Positions 48,425 through 58,392 of a stretch of DNA of 64,000 nt are shown in pieces; position 1 is the stretch's first letter; every line of letters starts with the position of its first letter. The notes under the pieces are model-generated. The model saw only the letters and a program-made list of their open reading frames with translations. It did no database searches and was not told where the DNA came from. Origin of the DNA: an uncultured Eubacteriales bacterium (lineage in GTDB: Bacteria; Bacillota; Clostridia; Oscillospirales; CAG-272); contig URDS01000004.1 in the NCBI GenBank assembly GCA_900546635.1, positions 69 through 64,068 on the forward strand, read 5' to 3'. Both the position numbers and the translations under genes were made by a program.

Positions 48425-49184
48425 AAAGATTACCAAAACGTTCAATCCGGGCACGCCGGACGCCTGTACGCTGTTTGACGGATTTGATCTGACCGTGGAA
48501 AACGGGGAATTTGTATCGGTCATTGGTTCCAACGGCAGCGGGAAAACCACGCTTTTGAATTTCATCTGTGGGACGCTTGCGCCCGATTCGGGACGGATTC
48601 TGTTTGATGACCGCGACATAACCAAACTCTGCGAATACCGCCGCGCCAAGCGGATCGGACGGGTGTTTCAGGACCCCAAAGCGGGTACCTGCGCCAATTT
48701 GACCATTTTGGAAAATATGGCGCTTGCCGACAACAAGCACGGTATGTTCGGTCTCGGCCGCGGAATCAATAAAAAGCGGATCGACGTGTATCGCGGATTA
48801 CTTGAGGAGTGCGGTCTCGGCCTTGAAAACCGCATGAACGCGCCGGTCGGCAGTCTCAGCGGCGGTCAGCGCCAGGCGCTTGCGCTGGTGATTGCCAATA
48901 TGACCGATGTGCGGCTTCTGATTTTGGATGAGCACACGGCGGCGCTGGATCCCAAGTCGTCGGAAATCGTGATGCACTTGACCGATCGGTTTGTCAAGAA
49001 AAGCAAGATCACAACGCTCATGGTGACGCACAATCTGCGGTTTGCCGTAGAATACGGCACACGCCTGATTATGATGCATGCGGGCAAATGCGTCGTGGAT
49101 ATCCGGGGCGAGGAAAAGAAAAACGCGCGCGTGGACGATCTGTTGAAAATCTTTAATGAAATCAGCATTGAAACCGGGAACTGA
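48411..49184 (+). CDS. ABC transporter ATP-binding protein
   Basis: Walker A GSNGSGKTT, signature LSGGQRQALAL, Walker B LLILDEHTAALD. A GTG start overlaps the permease end. Confidence 0.9.
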   Translation: MLTLEKITKTFNPGTPDACTLFDGFDLTVENGEFVSVIGSNGSGKTTLLNFICGTLAPDSGRILFDDRDITKLCEYRRAKRIGRVFQDPKAGTCANLTILENMALADNKHGMFGLGRGINKKRIDVYRGLLEECGLGLENRMNAPVGSLSGGQRQALALVIANMTDVRLLILDEHTAALDPKSSEIVMHLTDRFVKKSKITTLMVTHNLRFAVEYGTRLIMMHAGKCVVDIRGEEKKNARVDDLLKIFNEISIETGN

Positions 49185-49205
49185 GAAAACGTAAAAATTT
49201 AATAT

Positions 49206-49251
49206 AAAAAACGGCCTGCTACATGTATCGGAAAATCAGCAGGCCGTTTTT
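49206..49251. terminator. Bidirectional hairpin terminator
   Basis: AAAACGGCCTGCT...AGCAGGCCGTTTT between convergent genes. Confidence 0.85.
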
Positions 49252-49314
49252 GATCGGCGAATAGATTTTTTCAGCGCAATGCTTTTCGTGAAAAAAATGT
49301 TTGTGCAAGTTAGG

Positions 49315-51333
49315 TCAACGTTGTTCTATCCAGACCAGCCGAGCGCTGCGTCGGCTGATAAGCTGAAAGTTCGTTCCGCTGAGCAGTTCATGACCGGGAA
49401 CCATACAAGTTTCGTTGCTGTCCGCGTCCGTCAGGCAATAGGTATGCTGCGGCTGCGCATAGGGAAGCGCAACGTTCAGGACGTTCTCTGAGCAATCCTC
49501 CATACGAAACAGCAGTATCAATCCTTTTTCCGTTTCAGAATCGTAAAAGCTATAGGCGGTAAATCCGCTTTTGTCATTTTGATTATGCCAAGGAGTAAGC
49601 ACATAAAAGTCCTTTAACAGATAGGGATTTACCCGTTTCCATTCTTTCAAACCGAAACGCAGGATGTCAAAATCCTGATCCGGATCCTGCGCAAACTGTG
49701 AGTCTATATTCAGGATCGGCAGATAAGAGGCTCGCCAAGTATAGATGTCGCTGCGGCCGGTCGGCGCCAATTGTCTTAGCTTTTCTTTTGTGTTGGCGCC
49801 GCAGAAAGGAATCCATTTGTTAAAGGCGGTAGTCATGGATAGACGCAGCGCGGTGGAGGTTCGGTCGCTGTCGCTTCGCAGGATCGGAACCGCTCTGCGC
49901 ATGGATTCGAGATCGTTTCGTCCACCACCGCTGGCGCAGGAGTCCACGAAACGATCGCCGCCATAGCTGGAGGTGCAGGCGATAATATCGTCCCACATTT
50001 TGTAATGGTTCTGAATAAATTTACATTCTGTGATACCTTTTCTCTTCTCTCCCTCCTGCGCGTCTAAAAATTCCCAAAGAACCGCCGGATCGCTGTTGTT
50101 ATCTTCGCGGTACATTTCCACTTTGTTTTCACGAAGCACTTTGCATATTCGTTCGGTGATCCATCGCAGGCAGTCCGGATCTCCGATATTATTGGAAATC
50201 GCGCGGCTTCCCGGCCGGCGGATCGCCCATTGCATCTGATAGCCGTATCGTGCCGCCAATGATTCCGGGTCGGTCACTCGTTCCGGTTCAAACCACATGA
50301 GCGTTTTCATCTCGTGCCGGCGGGCAAATTCGGTGGACTCCAGAAAACTGTTTCCCGGCCATTTTTTCGGATCCAGTTCCCAAGTACCCACCGTACCCCA
50401 CCAATCGCTTTCGGGGCTGGAGCCGTCCGGGGCTATATACCAGCCGGCGTCAAACCAGCGATAGTCCACCTTGATGTCTTCCGCTATCATCTTCTCCAAA
50501 GAGGGACACCAGGTGGAATATCTCTCCGAAATACTGCCGTCGGAGTTCGGCAGGCCGGTGTCGGAGGCAAGGCAGCAGGTAGAAAACGGCTCAAGCGTTT
50601 TCCCGGAGGCGTCGGCGGTCGGCAGGTTCCAATGGAGGAACCAACTGCGCCAGTAGTTGGTGGCATAGTTTTCATTCCGCAACGTATAAGGCGCCGCCAC
50701 AAACAGCGCGGTGCGAATTTGTTCCCCGGGTTTTAAGCAGGCGCAGAGGTTATTTACCGAGCGGGCGGCGTACGTCGTGATATGTCCGTCAAATCGAAAA
50801 TCCGCAGTCCATGTGCCCGCCCAGCCAATGGCCAGCATAACGCCGCCGTTTCCGTACTCCAGGTTGAAATAGGGAAATTGAATGTGTGTTGCGCGTCCTG
50901 TATCGGAAACGAAATGTACGGGCAGAGTTTCGAGGTCATAGCTGTAGGGCTGATATAAATTTGCGTGATCGCCTAAGATGCCTTTCAGGACCGGGCGTTC
51001 GCCTTTAAATTGCAGACGACTTTCCGGTTTTTCCAAAAGGTCGCTGTCCCAAGAAGAAATATTTTCAAACCATACGGTCCATTCAAAGGCGCCGTAGTCG
51101 GAATAAAAAGCGGTATCTAATGTAATTTTGAGGGTATTTTTCAATATCCAGCTTTGCTTCGTCGTCTCTTTTCCCGCCTGCGCGCAGGTATGGTCGCGAA
51201 GTTTCTGCATATTTTTCCCAAAGCCATGGTAATGCTGTCCCGCATAGAAAAAAGAAAAAGGAAATGTTTCGGGTTGCGCAAGCAGAGAGCGGTACCATTT
51301 TTCCGCCTCCGAATTTGCATAGCACTGTGTCAT
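49315..51333 (-). CDS. Glycoside hydrolase, GH36-like alpha-galactosidase family (tentative)
   Basis: 672 aa and cytoplasmic (no signal peptide). KVDYRWFDAGWY, KVEMYREDNN and DSCASGGGRNDLE resemble the GH36 K-W-D-M-N and C-S-G-G-G-G-R-x-D catalytic regions. RBS is AAGGAGGAG. Confidence 0.55.
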   Translation of the reverse strand: MTQCYANSEAEKWYRSLLAQPETFPFSFFYAGQHYHGFGKNMQKLRDHTCAQAGKETTKQSWILKNTLKITLDTAFYSDYGAFEWTVWFENISSWDSDLLEKPESRLQFKGERPVLKGILGDHANLYQPYSYDLETLPVHFVSDTGRATHIQFPYFNLEYGNGGVMLAIGWAGTWTADFRFDGHITTYAARSVNNLCACLKPGEQIRTALFVAAPYTLRNENYATNYWRSWFLHWNLPTADASGKTLEPFSTCCLASDTGLPNSDGSISERYSTWCPSLEKMIAEDIKVDYRWFDAGWYIAPDGSSPESDWWGTVGTWELDPKKWPGNSFLESTEFARRHEMKTLMWFEPERVTDPESLAARYGYQMQWAIRRPGSRAISNNIGDPDCLRWITERICKVLRENKVEMYREDNNSDPAVLWEFLDAQEGEKRKGITECKFIQNHYKMWDDIIACTSSYGGDRFVDSCASGGGRNDLESMRRAVPILRSDSDRTSTALRLSMTTAFNKWIPFCGANTKEKLRQLAPTGRSDIYTWRASYLPILNIDSQFAQDPDQDFDILRFGLKEWKRVNPYLLKDFYVLTPWHNQNDKSGFTAYSFYDSETEKGLILLFRMEDCSENVLNVALPYAQPQHTYCLTDADSNETCMVPGHELLSGTNFQLISRRSARLVWIEQR

Positions 51334-51595
51334 TATACGCTCCTCCTTATTCGTTTTGCAGTTTTTTCGATATATTTTTGCTTTTCATAAGCGCTTTGCA
51401 TTGCTCTCTTATGGATGATTGTAATTATACTATTTCAATTCTAAAAGTCAAGAAATACAGCGGCGTATTCCCGAATAAAAGCGCATTTTGTCTGTGTAAA
51501 CGTCGGCGTGTTTCGGCGGTCTCTTTACGCCGTATTGTCTTTTTGCAATTTCGGTGGATGCGGCGATGGATTTTTTAGAAAATTTGACAAAGCTC

Positions 51596-51624
51596 TTGAC
51601 AAACAGCGGGCGTTGTGCTACTAT
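51596..51624 (+). promoter_or_regulatory. Candidate sigma-A promoter of the amino-acid ABC operon
   Basis: TTGACA-17 nt-TACTAT. A second TTGACA lies 12 nt upstream. Confidence 0.55.
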
Positions 51625-51687
51625 ACTATCAGTTTAGCGTGCTAAAGTGATAAAAACAAAAATTTATGCATTCGGAGGAATTATCTC

Positions 51688-52488
51688 ATGAAAAAAATTA
51701 CGGCGGCTTTTCTTGCCGCGCTTATGCTGCTCTTTGTATTTGCATCCTGCGGTCAGAACAACGATCAAAAGGTCGTAACGGTCGGATATACGCTCTATGA
51801 GCCGATGAACTATCTGGATGACAACAATGAACTGATCGGTTTTGATACTGAGCTTGCCAAGGCTGTTTTTGAGGGACTCGGCTATCAGGTCGTTTTCAAA
51901 GAGATCGAGTGGTCCAATAAGTACACCGATCTCGCGGCGAAGAACGTTGACTGTCTGTGGAACGGCTTTACGGCAAACTGTGCGGACGACGACGGCGTGC
52001 AGAGAAGTGAAAAAGTTGATTTTTCCTATAATTATATGATCAATCAGCAGGCTGTTGTGGTCAAGGCGGACATTGCGTCCGAGGTGACGGGCGCGGATTA
52101 TTTTAAAGATAAAATCGGATATGCCGAGGCCGGTTCTGCGGGCGCTTCCTATGCGGACTCTGCTTTTGAGGGCGCTAAGATCATGGATGCTATCAAACAA
52201 ACCGAGGCGATGATGGAAGTGAAGAGCGGTTCCGCTACGTTTGCGGTGGTGGATGTTCTGCTTGCAAAGAGCATGGTCGGTACAGGTGATTATGCGGATC
52301 TTGCCATTGTAGACAGTCTGACGAGCGACCCGGAGTATTATGCAATCGGATTTGAAAAGGGCAGCGATCTGACGGCCAAGGTCAATGCGCAGCTTGAAAA
52401 GCTTGCGGCTGACGGTACGATTAAAAAATTGGCTGAAAAGTACGGCCTTGAGAATGCGGCGATTCTGGATTTTGCCGATCAAAAATAA
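51688..52488 (+). CDS. Polar amino-acid ABC transporter substrate-binding lipoprotein (SBP family 3)
   Basis: Lipobox VFASC. Also VTVGYTLYEPMNYLDDNNELIGFDTELAKAV and DCLWNGFT. Confidence 0.88.
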   Translation: MKKITAAFLAALMLLFVFASCGQNNDQKVVTVGYTLYEPMNYLDDNNELIGFDTELAKAVFEGLGYQVVFKEIEWSNKYTDLAAKNVDCLWNGFTANCADDDGVQRSEKVDFSYNYMINQQAVVVKADIASEVTGADYFKDKIGYAEAGSAGASYADSAFEGAKIMDAIKQTEAMMEVKSGSATFAVVDVLLAKSMVGTGDYADLAIVDSLTSDPEYYAIGFEKGSDLTAKVNAQLEKLAADGTIKKLAEKYGLENAAILDFADQK

Positions 52489-52506
52489 AATTTACGGAGA
52501 GCTTGA

Positions 52507-53196
52507 ATGTCTTTTTGGCAGGTAACCCTCTATTTATTGGAGGGCTTTAAGCTGACTCTGCTTTTGTTTGCGCTGACGCTTGTGTTGGCCTTGCCGCTCG
52601 GACTTGTGGTTTCGTTTTGTTCGATGAGTCGGTTTCGGCCTGTCAAGGCAGTGACAAAAGTACTTGTGTGGATGATCCGCGGCGTGCCGCTTATGCTCCA
52701 GATTTTCATTATTTATTATGTTCCCGGCTTTTTCGGATACAATCTTTTTGCAAAGGTAGATCTCTATTTTCTGCTTACATATGACATTGAGAATACCGGG
52801 CGCTTTGTGGCGGTGACGATTGCTTTTGTCATCAATTATGCCGCGTATTTTTCCGAAATTTTCCGCGGCGGCATCGAGAGCATTTCGCAGGGGCAGTATG
52901 AGGCCGGCCAGGTGCTTGGGCTTTCCAAATCCCAGATCTTCACCAAGATTATTTTAAAGCAGGTCATCAAGCGGATTGTGCCGCCGATGAGCAACGAAAT
53001 CATTACGCTGGTCAAAGATACGGCGCTTGCAAATGCGATTTTGGTTTCCGAGATCATCATGCAGGCGAAGAAGCTGGCGGCGCAGGCCATGATTTGGCCG
53101 CTGTTTTATACGGGCGTATTCTATCTGCTGTTTGTCGGCGTGCTGACGCTGCTTCTCGGCAAATTGGAAAAAAAGCTGAATTATTTCAAAGGGTAA
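52507..53196 (+). CDS. Amino-acid ABC transporter permease (His/Glu/Gln/Arg/opine family)
   Basis: RGVPLMLQIFIIYY and the EAA-type loop YFSEIFRGGIESISQGQYEAGQVLGLS. Confidence 0.9.
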   Translation: MSFWQVTLYLLEGFKLTLLLFALTLVLALPLGLVVSFCSMSRFRPVKAVTKVLVWMIRGVPLMLQIFIIYYVPGFFGYNLFAKVDLYFLLTYDIENTGRFVAVTIAFVINYAAYFSEIFRGGIESISQGQYEAGQVLGLSKSQIFTKIILKQVIKRIVPPMSNEIITLVKDTALANAILVSEIIMQAKKLAAQAMIWPLFYTGVFYLLFVGVLTLLLGKLEKKLNYFKG

Positions 53197-53200
53197 CGGT

Positions 53201-53986
53201 ATGTTTTTTGAAGTCAGACATTTTGTCAAGAGCTTCGGTTCCGCTTCGGTCCTTCGTGGGATTGATTTTGAACTGGAACGCGGGAAGGTGCTGTGTATTA
53301 TCGGTTCCTCCGGAAGCGGGAAAACCACGCTCCTCCGGTGTATGAACTTTTTGGAAACGCCGGATACCGGTGAGATGTACATTGACGGCGTTCGGATTTA
53401 CGATGCCGCCGCCGACCGCGACCTCAGCGATGCGGAGCTTCGCCGGAAACGTCTGCATTTCGGATTGGTTTTTCAGCAGTTCAATTTGTTCCCGCAGTAT
53501 ACAGTGCTTGAAAACGTGACGCTCGCGCCGAAGTTGGCGGCGCAGGGGCGTCCGGAGTATAAGGCGAACAGAAAGAATATACTGGCGAAATTGGATGCGG
53601 ACGGCAGGGCGCTTCTTGACAGCGTGGGACTTTTGCAAAAGGCGGCGTCCTATCCGTGTGAATTGTCCGGCGGACAGCAGCAGCGTGTGGCGATTGCCCG
53701 CGCGCTTGCTCTGGAGCCGGAGATTCTCTGCTTTGACGAGCCTACGAGCGCGCTGGATCCCGAACTTACGGGCGAGGTGCTGCGGGTAATTAAGGGGCTT
53801 AAAGGACAGGATCGCACGATGATCGTCGTAACGCATGAAATGGAATTTGCCCGGCATGTGGCGGATACCGTCATGTTTATGGCGGACGGCGTGATTGAGG
53901 AAATCGGCGCGCCGGAAGAAATTTTCGGCAATCCGAAGAGCGAAAAGACCAGAGCTTTTTTAAAGCATTCATTGGAAAAAATATAA
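53201..53986 (+). CDS. Amino-acid ABC transporter ATP-binding protein (GlnQ-like)
   Basis: Walker A GSSGSGKTT, FQQFNLFP, signature LSGGQQQRVAIARAL, Walker B ILCFDEPTSALDPE. Confidence 0.93.
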   Translation: MFFEVRHFVKSFGSASVLRGIDFELERGKVLCIIGSSGSGKTTLLRCMNFLETPDTGEMYIDGVRIYDAAADRDLSDAELRRKRLHFGLVFQQFNLFPQYTVLENVTLAPKLAAQGRPEYKANRKNILAKLDADGRALLDSVGLLQKAASYPCELSGGQQQRVAIARALALEPEILCFDEPTSALDPELTGEVLRVIKGLKGQDRTMIVVTHEMEFARHVADTVMFMADGVIEEIGAPEEIFGNPKSEKTRAFLKHSLEKI

Positions 53987-53988
53987 AA

Positions 53989-54033
53989 GATAAAGGAAAG
54001 AAGCGGGAAATCCGCTTCTTTCCTTTATCTTTA
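53989..54033. terminator. Bidirectional hairpin terminator
   Basis: GATAAAGGAAAGAAGCGG-GAAAT-CCGCTTCTTTCCTTTATC. Confidence 0.85.
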
Positions 54034-54051
54034 TCCGGAAATACCGGCGTT

Positions 54052-54774
54052 TTATTTTGTAAAATATGTATCGACCGCGTCCGCAATGGCGGATGCAAAC
54101 TGCGCCTGCCACGTGTCGTCGGCCAGCCGCGCGGCGTCGTTTTCATTGGTGATGAAGCCGCTTTCAATCAGCACAGAGGGCGCTGTGGTTTTGTAGAGCA
54201 CCGTAAAACAATCCTGCCCGCGCATGTCACGCAGAATCACCTGCTTGTCATCGGGAAAAGCGGCATCAAATGTTTTCTTAAAGGTTTGCGCAAAGTAGAG
54301 ATCGAGGTTTGTGGAATACGGGGTATCTACCGGATAATAGATCCGGGCTCCGTATACCGACGGATCGGACGGAAAGGAATCGCAGTGAATCGAAATGAAA
54401 AGATCCGCCGGATTGGCATTGGAAAAGTCTGCCCGTTCGCTCGGACTGTAGGTGTCTTTTCCGTCGTCATATTCGGTTTCGGGCTGGGTTTTTCCGTCGT
54501 GCGTCATGAGAACGGTATATCCGCGGTCTGTGAGCAGCTTTGCCAGCTTACTGGTAATCATAAAATTGATATCCGCTTCGGTCAATGCGCCGAGGTTTTC
54601 CTCGTTCAGCGCGCCCGTGTCCGACAGTCCGTGTCCGCTGTCCAAAACGACGCATAAAATACCGTCTGCAATCGCGGCGTCGTAAGCGGAGGGCTGACGG
54701 CCGCCGTCACAGGAAAGCAATATGGACAAAAGCAATACAGAGAGCGGCAGAATATACCTGAAAATTCTTTTCAT
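54052..54774 (-). CDS. N-acetylmuramoyl-L-alanine amidase (Amidase_3), lipoprotein
   Basis: Lipobox LLSC. Also VVLDSGHG, LFISIHCDS and SVLIESGFITNENDAARL. Confidence 0.88.
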   Translation of the reverse strand: MKRIFRYILPLSVLLLSILLSCDGGRQPSAYDAAIADGILCVVLDSGHGLSDTGALNEENLGALTEADINFMITSKLAKLLTDRGYTVLMTHDGKTQPETEYDDGKDTYSPSERADFSNANPADLFISIHCDSFPSDPSVYGARIYYPVDTPYSTNLDLYFAQTFKKTFDAAFPDDKQVILRDMRGQDCFTVLYKTTAPSVLIESGFITNENDAARLADDTWQAQFASAIADAVDTYFTK

Positions 54775-54850
54775 TCAATCACCTCATCATTATCATACAG
54801 GTTTCGTCAATCTTTGTCAAGCGTCGAATACGCAAATTTTGCCAAAGTGG

Positions 54851-54894
54851 TTGACAGTTGCCGCAAGGTATGTTATCATGACTGTACTAATACA
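54851..54894 (+). promoter_or_regulatory. Candidate promoter (TTGACA-17-TATCAT) with an adjacent near-palindrome TGTACTAATACA, a possible GntR/YtrA operator
   Basis: -35 at 54851-54856 and -10 at 54874-54879. The 12-nt imperfect palindrome (10 of 12 positions self-complementary) lies at 54883-54894, with a GT..AC core as in GntR operators. Confidence 0.45.
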
Positions 54895-54921
54895 AATAAT
54901 ACGGTTTAAGGAGGCGTTCAT

Positions 54922-55314
54922 GTGAGCTTAATTTATGTAGATCTTCGCAGCCGTACGCCGATTTTTGAGCAGATCATCGAATGTGTGCGTGATCTTGTCA
55001 TTCGCGGTATTTTGCAGCCGGATGAGCATTTGCCCTCTGTCCGCGTTTTAGCGGCTGAGCTTGCAATCAATCCGAATACGATTCAGAAGGCATATGGTGA
55101 ACTGGAGCGGCAGGGCGTCATTTATTCTTTGGCAGGCCGCGGGAATTTTGTTGCCTCGGATATTTCCGCGCTGACGGGAAGCCATCATGAAAAGCTGCTG
55201 CTGAATATTCAGGACAGCATCAAGGCGGCCGGAGATTACGGAGTCGAACGCTCAAGGGTTGAGCAAACGGTTGCGAAGGCGCTTGCGGCCTTTGGAGGAG
55301 GGAACAGAACATGA
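54922..55314 (+). CDS. GntR-family transcriptional regulator, YtrA subfamily (short C-terminal domain)
   Basis: LPSVRVLAAELAINPNTIQKAYGELERQGVIYSLAGRGNFV winged HTH. 130 aa. A GTG start lies 7 nt after AAGGAGG. Confidence 0.88.
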   Translation: MSLIYVDLRSRTPIFEQIIECVRDLVIRGILQPDEHLPSVRVLAAELAINPNTIQKAYGELERQGVIYSLAGRGNFVASDISALTGSHHEKLLLNIQDSIKAAGDYGVERSRVEQTVAKALAAFGGGNRT

Positions 55315-56210
55315 TCCAGATCAGCAATATCACAAAGTATTATGACAAAGTAAAATCGCTCGATTCGGTAACAGCCACGATCAAGGACGGTTCGATTTTC
55401 GGTCTTGTCGGTTCCAACGGCTCCGGAAAATCCACTTTACTGCGTATCATGAGCGGTATTTTCCGCGCAGACGGCGGGGAAGTTTTATACGACGGCGAAA
55501 ATGTCTATGAGAATGTGAAGCTGAAAAATAAGCTTGTGTATCTCTCGGATGACCAGTATTTCCTTTCAAGTTCAACCATCGACGATATGGCCAATTTGTA
55601 TGCGTCGATTTACGCGGATTTTTCCCGTGAGGACTATGCGCGTCTCCTCGATTTGTTCGGCTTGGATCGCTTCCGTAAAATTTCGACTTTTTCAAAAGGT
55701 ATGCAGAAACAGACGGCGATTTTGCTCGGACTTTCCGCAAGGCCGCAGTATTTGCTCTGCGATGAAACCTTTGACGGTTTGGATCCGGTGATGCGGCGAA
55801 TGGTCAAGCGTCTGTTTGCCGATGCGGTGGAGAGCAGGGGCATGACGGCGATTATCGCTTCACACAACCTGCGTGAACTTGAGGACATTTGCGATCACAT
55901 CGGCCTTTTGCATAAGGGCGGTATTTTGTTTGAAAATGAAATCGACAGCTTAAAGGAAAACATCTATACGGCGCAGGCGGCATTTTCAAGAAAAATAGAA
56001 ATTGAGGAAATCGCGCGCCTCGGAACGGTGTCTATCAAACAGCGGGGCAGTATGGTGACCGCGGTAATACGCGGGAGCGAGGATGATGTACGTGCAAAAA
56101 TGCAGACGCTGGCGCCGGATTTCCTTGAGATTATTCCGCTGACGCTGGAGGAAATCTTCATCAGTGAAATGGAGGAGAGGGGCTATGACTACTCAAAAAT
56201 TGTTTTCTGA
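55311..56210 (+). CDS. ABC transporter ATP-binding protein (ABC-2/YtrB-like)
   Basis: Walker A GSNGSGKST, signature-like FSKGMQKQTAI, Walker B LLCDETFDGLDP. ATGA overlap with the GntR gene. Confidence 0.9.
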   Translation: MIQISNITKYYDKVKSLDSVTATIKDGSIFGLVGSNGSGKSTLLRIMSGIFRADGGEVLYDGENVYENVKLKNKLVYLSDDQYFLSSSTIDDMANLYASIYADFSREDYARLLDLFGLDRFRKISTFSKGMQKQTAILLGLSARPQYLLCDETFDGLDPVMRRMVKRLFADAVESRGMTAIIASHNLRELEDICDHIGLLHKGGILFENEIDSLKENIYTAQAAFSRKIEIEEIARLGTVSIKQRGSMVTAVIRGSEDDVRAKMQTLAPDFLEIIPLTLEEIFISEMEERGYDYSKIVF

Positions 56211-58353
56211 ACGGTTGCTTGACGGTAAGCTCATCGGGAATTTGACTCGCCGCCGGCTTCCGCATGTGTTGGTTGCGTTCCTGGTCAATTTTTTCACGAC
56301 TTCCGTGCCGCTGATGATGACGCGCAGGGAATTTTCGCCTGATATTTACACGCAGGCGCAGATTTTTGAGAATGCAGATTCGGTTCTGCGTTTGATCCTT
56401 TCGATCAATCTGGTATTTATGTTTGCGCTGGGCATATATTTTGGCGTTGTCACCATGCACTACATGATGAAGCGGCGGAGCGCGCAGTTTTGGCATGCGC
56501 TTCCGCAGCGGCGCGAAACGCTGTATTTTTCCAGCTTGGTTTCCGCTCTGATTGCCGCCGCGATCGGCGCGCTTATAAATCTGCTGATTTTGCTTGTGCT
56601 TCTTTCCGTCTATTCGCTGCTTGGCGCGGCGGTCATGAATTTATTTTGGCTTTTGCTCTTTAAGAATATCGTATTCTTTCTTGCGGCTTATGCGGTCACG
56701 GTCTTTGCCGGCAGCTTTTCGGGCGGCAGTGTGGTTCAGGTACTCATGAGTTTGGTCATTCAGTTCTATCCGCTGGTGGTTTATTTCGGGATGGTCATGC
56801 TGCGTTCCGCCTATGCGGTTTATTATGACATGGACTACTATTTTTCAAAGCGCGTTTTGTCGTGGCTGTCTCCGGCGGCGTACGCTGCGGTACATTATGA
56901 AGACGGACTTTCCGTATTTTCTCTGGTTTGCGCCGTTTTGGCCATTGCCGCGCTTATACTCGGAACGGCGGTGATTTACCGACGCCGCGCAATCGAAAAT
57001 ACGGAAAAAACGATTGTGTTCAAACGCCTCGGAACGGTTATCAAATACCTGCTTCTGTTTGTCATAACGATTTTTACGGGTCTGTTTTTCCATGCGATTA
57101 CTTCGGAATCGAATCTGCTCTGGATGATATTCGGTTTTATTTCGGGGGCGCTGCTGGGCTCCATGCTCTTGAATACGATTTTACACAAAACACCGAAAGC
57201 CATGTTTCACGGCTTCCGCGGCCTGACGGCATTTTCGGTTGGCTTTGCGCTGTATTTTATCATCTTCGGCGTGGATGTTTTGAAAATGGACGAATATGTT
57301 CCGGATGCGGATGCAATATCCTATGCGGAGATTACGGTGAATAACATTTCATTTGAGGATCGACGGTTTGACGATCCGGAACTGCTCGAAACGCTGTCCG
57401 AACTGCTCAAAAATACGGTTGAATTTGACGCTCAAAATCTGCTGAATCCGTATGATCGGGATATTGCGGTTTTCCGAATTTCAGCGGTGATGCATACAAA
57501 GCTTGGTATTCCGATTGCGCGGGAATATTTTATTTCCAAAGCCGTTCAGAAAACACAGCCTTTTTTGGAACGGTATGCAAACGATCCGCGTCTGAACGCG
57601 CTGCTTTATGAGATTGACCCGATGCTTGAAAAGTATGGGAACGCGCTTCGCATGTCTTTTTCCGTGCGAAAAAACGGAGAGTATACCCAGTTTGAAGCGC
57701 CGGTGTCAGAATTTTTGGCGTTGTATCGCGCGGAGCTCGGCGTGCTGGATTATGACCGTCTGCGCTGTCCGTCTCTCGGAGAAGTGGAATTTTATTCTCC
57801 GAGCGTGATGAATACAAATCCGAATTCTGCTGCTTTTCCAACGCATGTAAATGATGTGTGGAATGCGTTCAGAAAGATTTCCTTGACCACGTATCCGCTG
57901 TATGCGGACATGGAGCGCACGATTGCCTGGCTGGAAGCGCAGATAAAGTCCTTCGCCGGTACGGATGCAGAGATAGAGAATCGGGATGAAAACCGGATTA
58001 CCGGCGGTTTGCTTTTGGATACTTCCGAGTTGGTGCCGGCTTCGGATCCGGAAAACAATGCGTCGTATACGTATGGGGTGACTGAACAATATTGCCTAAA
58101 TTATGGTTCGACAGCGCTGGATGCTAAGGAAGCGCAGCGGCTTTACGATGCATACGGCGCTGCCGGGCAGGTCAGCTACGGTTTGACCTCCGCGTTTTTG
58201 GAGATTGATACGACCCAGCTGCTGGTCGTGTTTTGGAATGGCTATACGTTGGAGAAAACGACGGGGACAGACGGTGAGGAAGCTGTCGTTGCAGATCAAG
58301 AAACAAAGAGGGGATACTACGAAACTGTCTTTGTTCCGCTTGTACGAAAATAA
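56185..58353 (+). CDS. Large integral membrane protein (ABC-2-like permease N-half plus ~350-aa C-terminal soluble domain), putative partner of the upstream ATPase
   Basis: Multiple hydrophobic spans over residues ~30-370, then a non-hydrophobic domain. The start is set at ATG 56185 after GGAGGAGAGGGG. Confidence 0.6.
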   Translation: MTTQKLFSERLLDGKLIGNLTRRRLPHVLVAFLVNFFTTSVPLMMTRREFSPDIYTQAQIFENADSVLRLILSINLVFMFALGIYFGVVTMHYMMKRRSAQFWHALPQRRETLYFSSLVSALIAAAIGALINLLILLVLLSVYSLLGAAVMNLFWLLLFKNIVFFLAAYAVTVFAGSFSGGSVVQVLMSLVIQFYPLVVYFGMVMLRSAYAVYYDMDYYFSKRVLSWLSPAAYAAVHYEDGLSVFSLVCAVLAIAALILGTAVIYRRRAIENTEKTIVFKRLGTVIKYLLLFVITIFTGLFFHAITSESNLLWMIFGFISGALLGSMLLNTILHKTPKAMFHGFRGLTAFSVGFALYFIIFGVDVLKMDEYVPDADAISYAEITVNNISFEDRRFDDPELLETLSELLKNTVEFDAQNLLNPYDRDIAVFRISAVMHTKLGIPIAREYFISKAVQKTQPFLERYANDPRLNALLYEIDPMLEKYGNALRMSFSVRKNGEYTQFEAPVSEFLALYRAELGVLDYDRLRCPSLGEVEFYSPSVMNTNPNSAAFPTHVNDVWNAFRKISLTTYPLYADMERTIAWLEAQIKSFAGTDAEIENRDENRITGGLLLDTSELVPASDPENNASYTYGVTEQYCLNYGSTALDAKEAQRLYDAYGAAGQVSYGLTSAFLEIDTTQLLVVFWNGYTLEKTTGTDGEEAVVADQETKRGYYETVFVPLVRK

Positions 58354-58392
58354 AAGCGGACGGTAGATGTTCAAATATCAACGGAGGCATGT

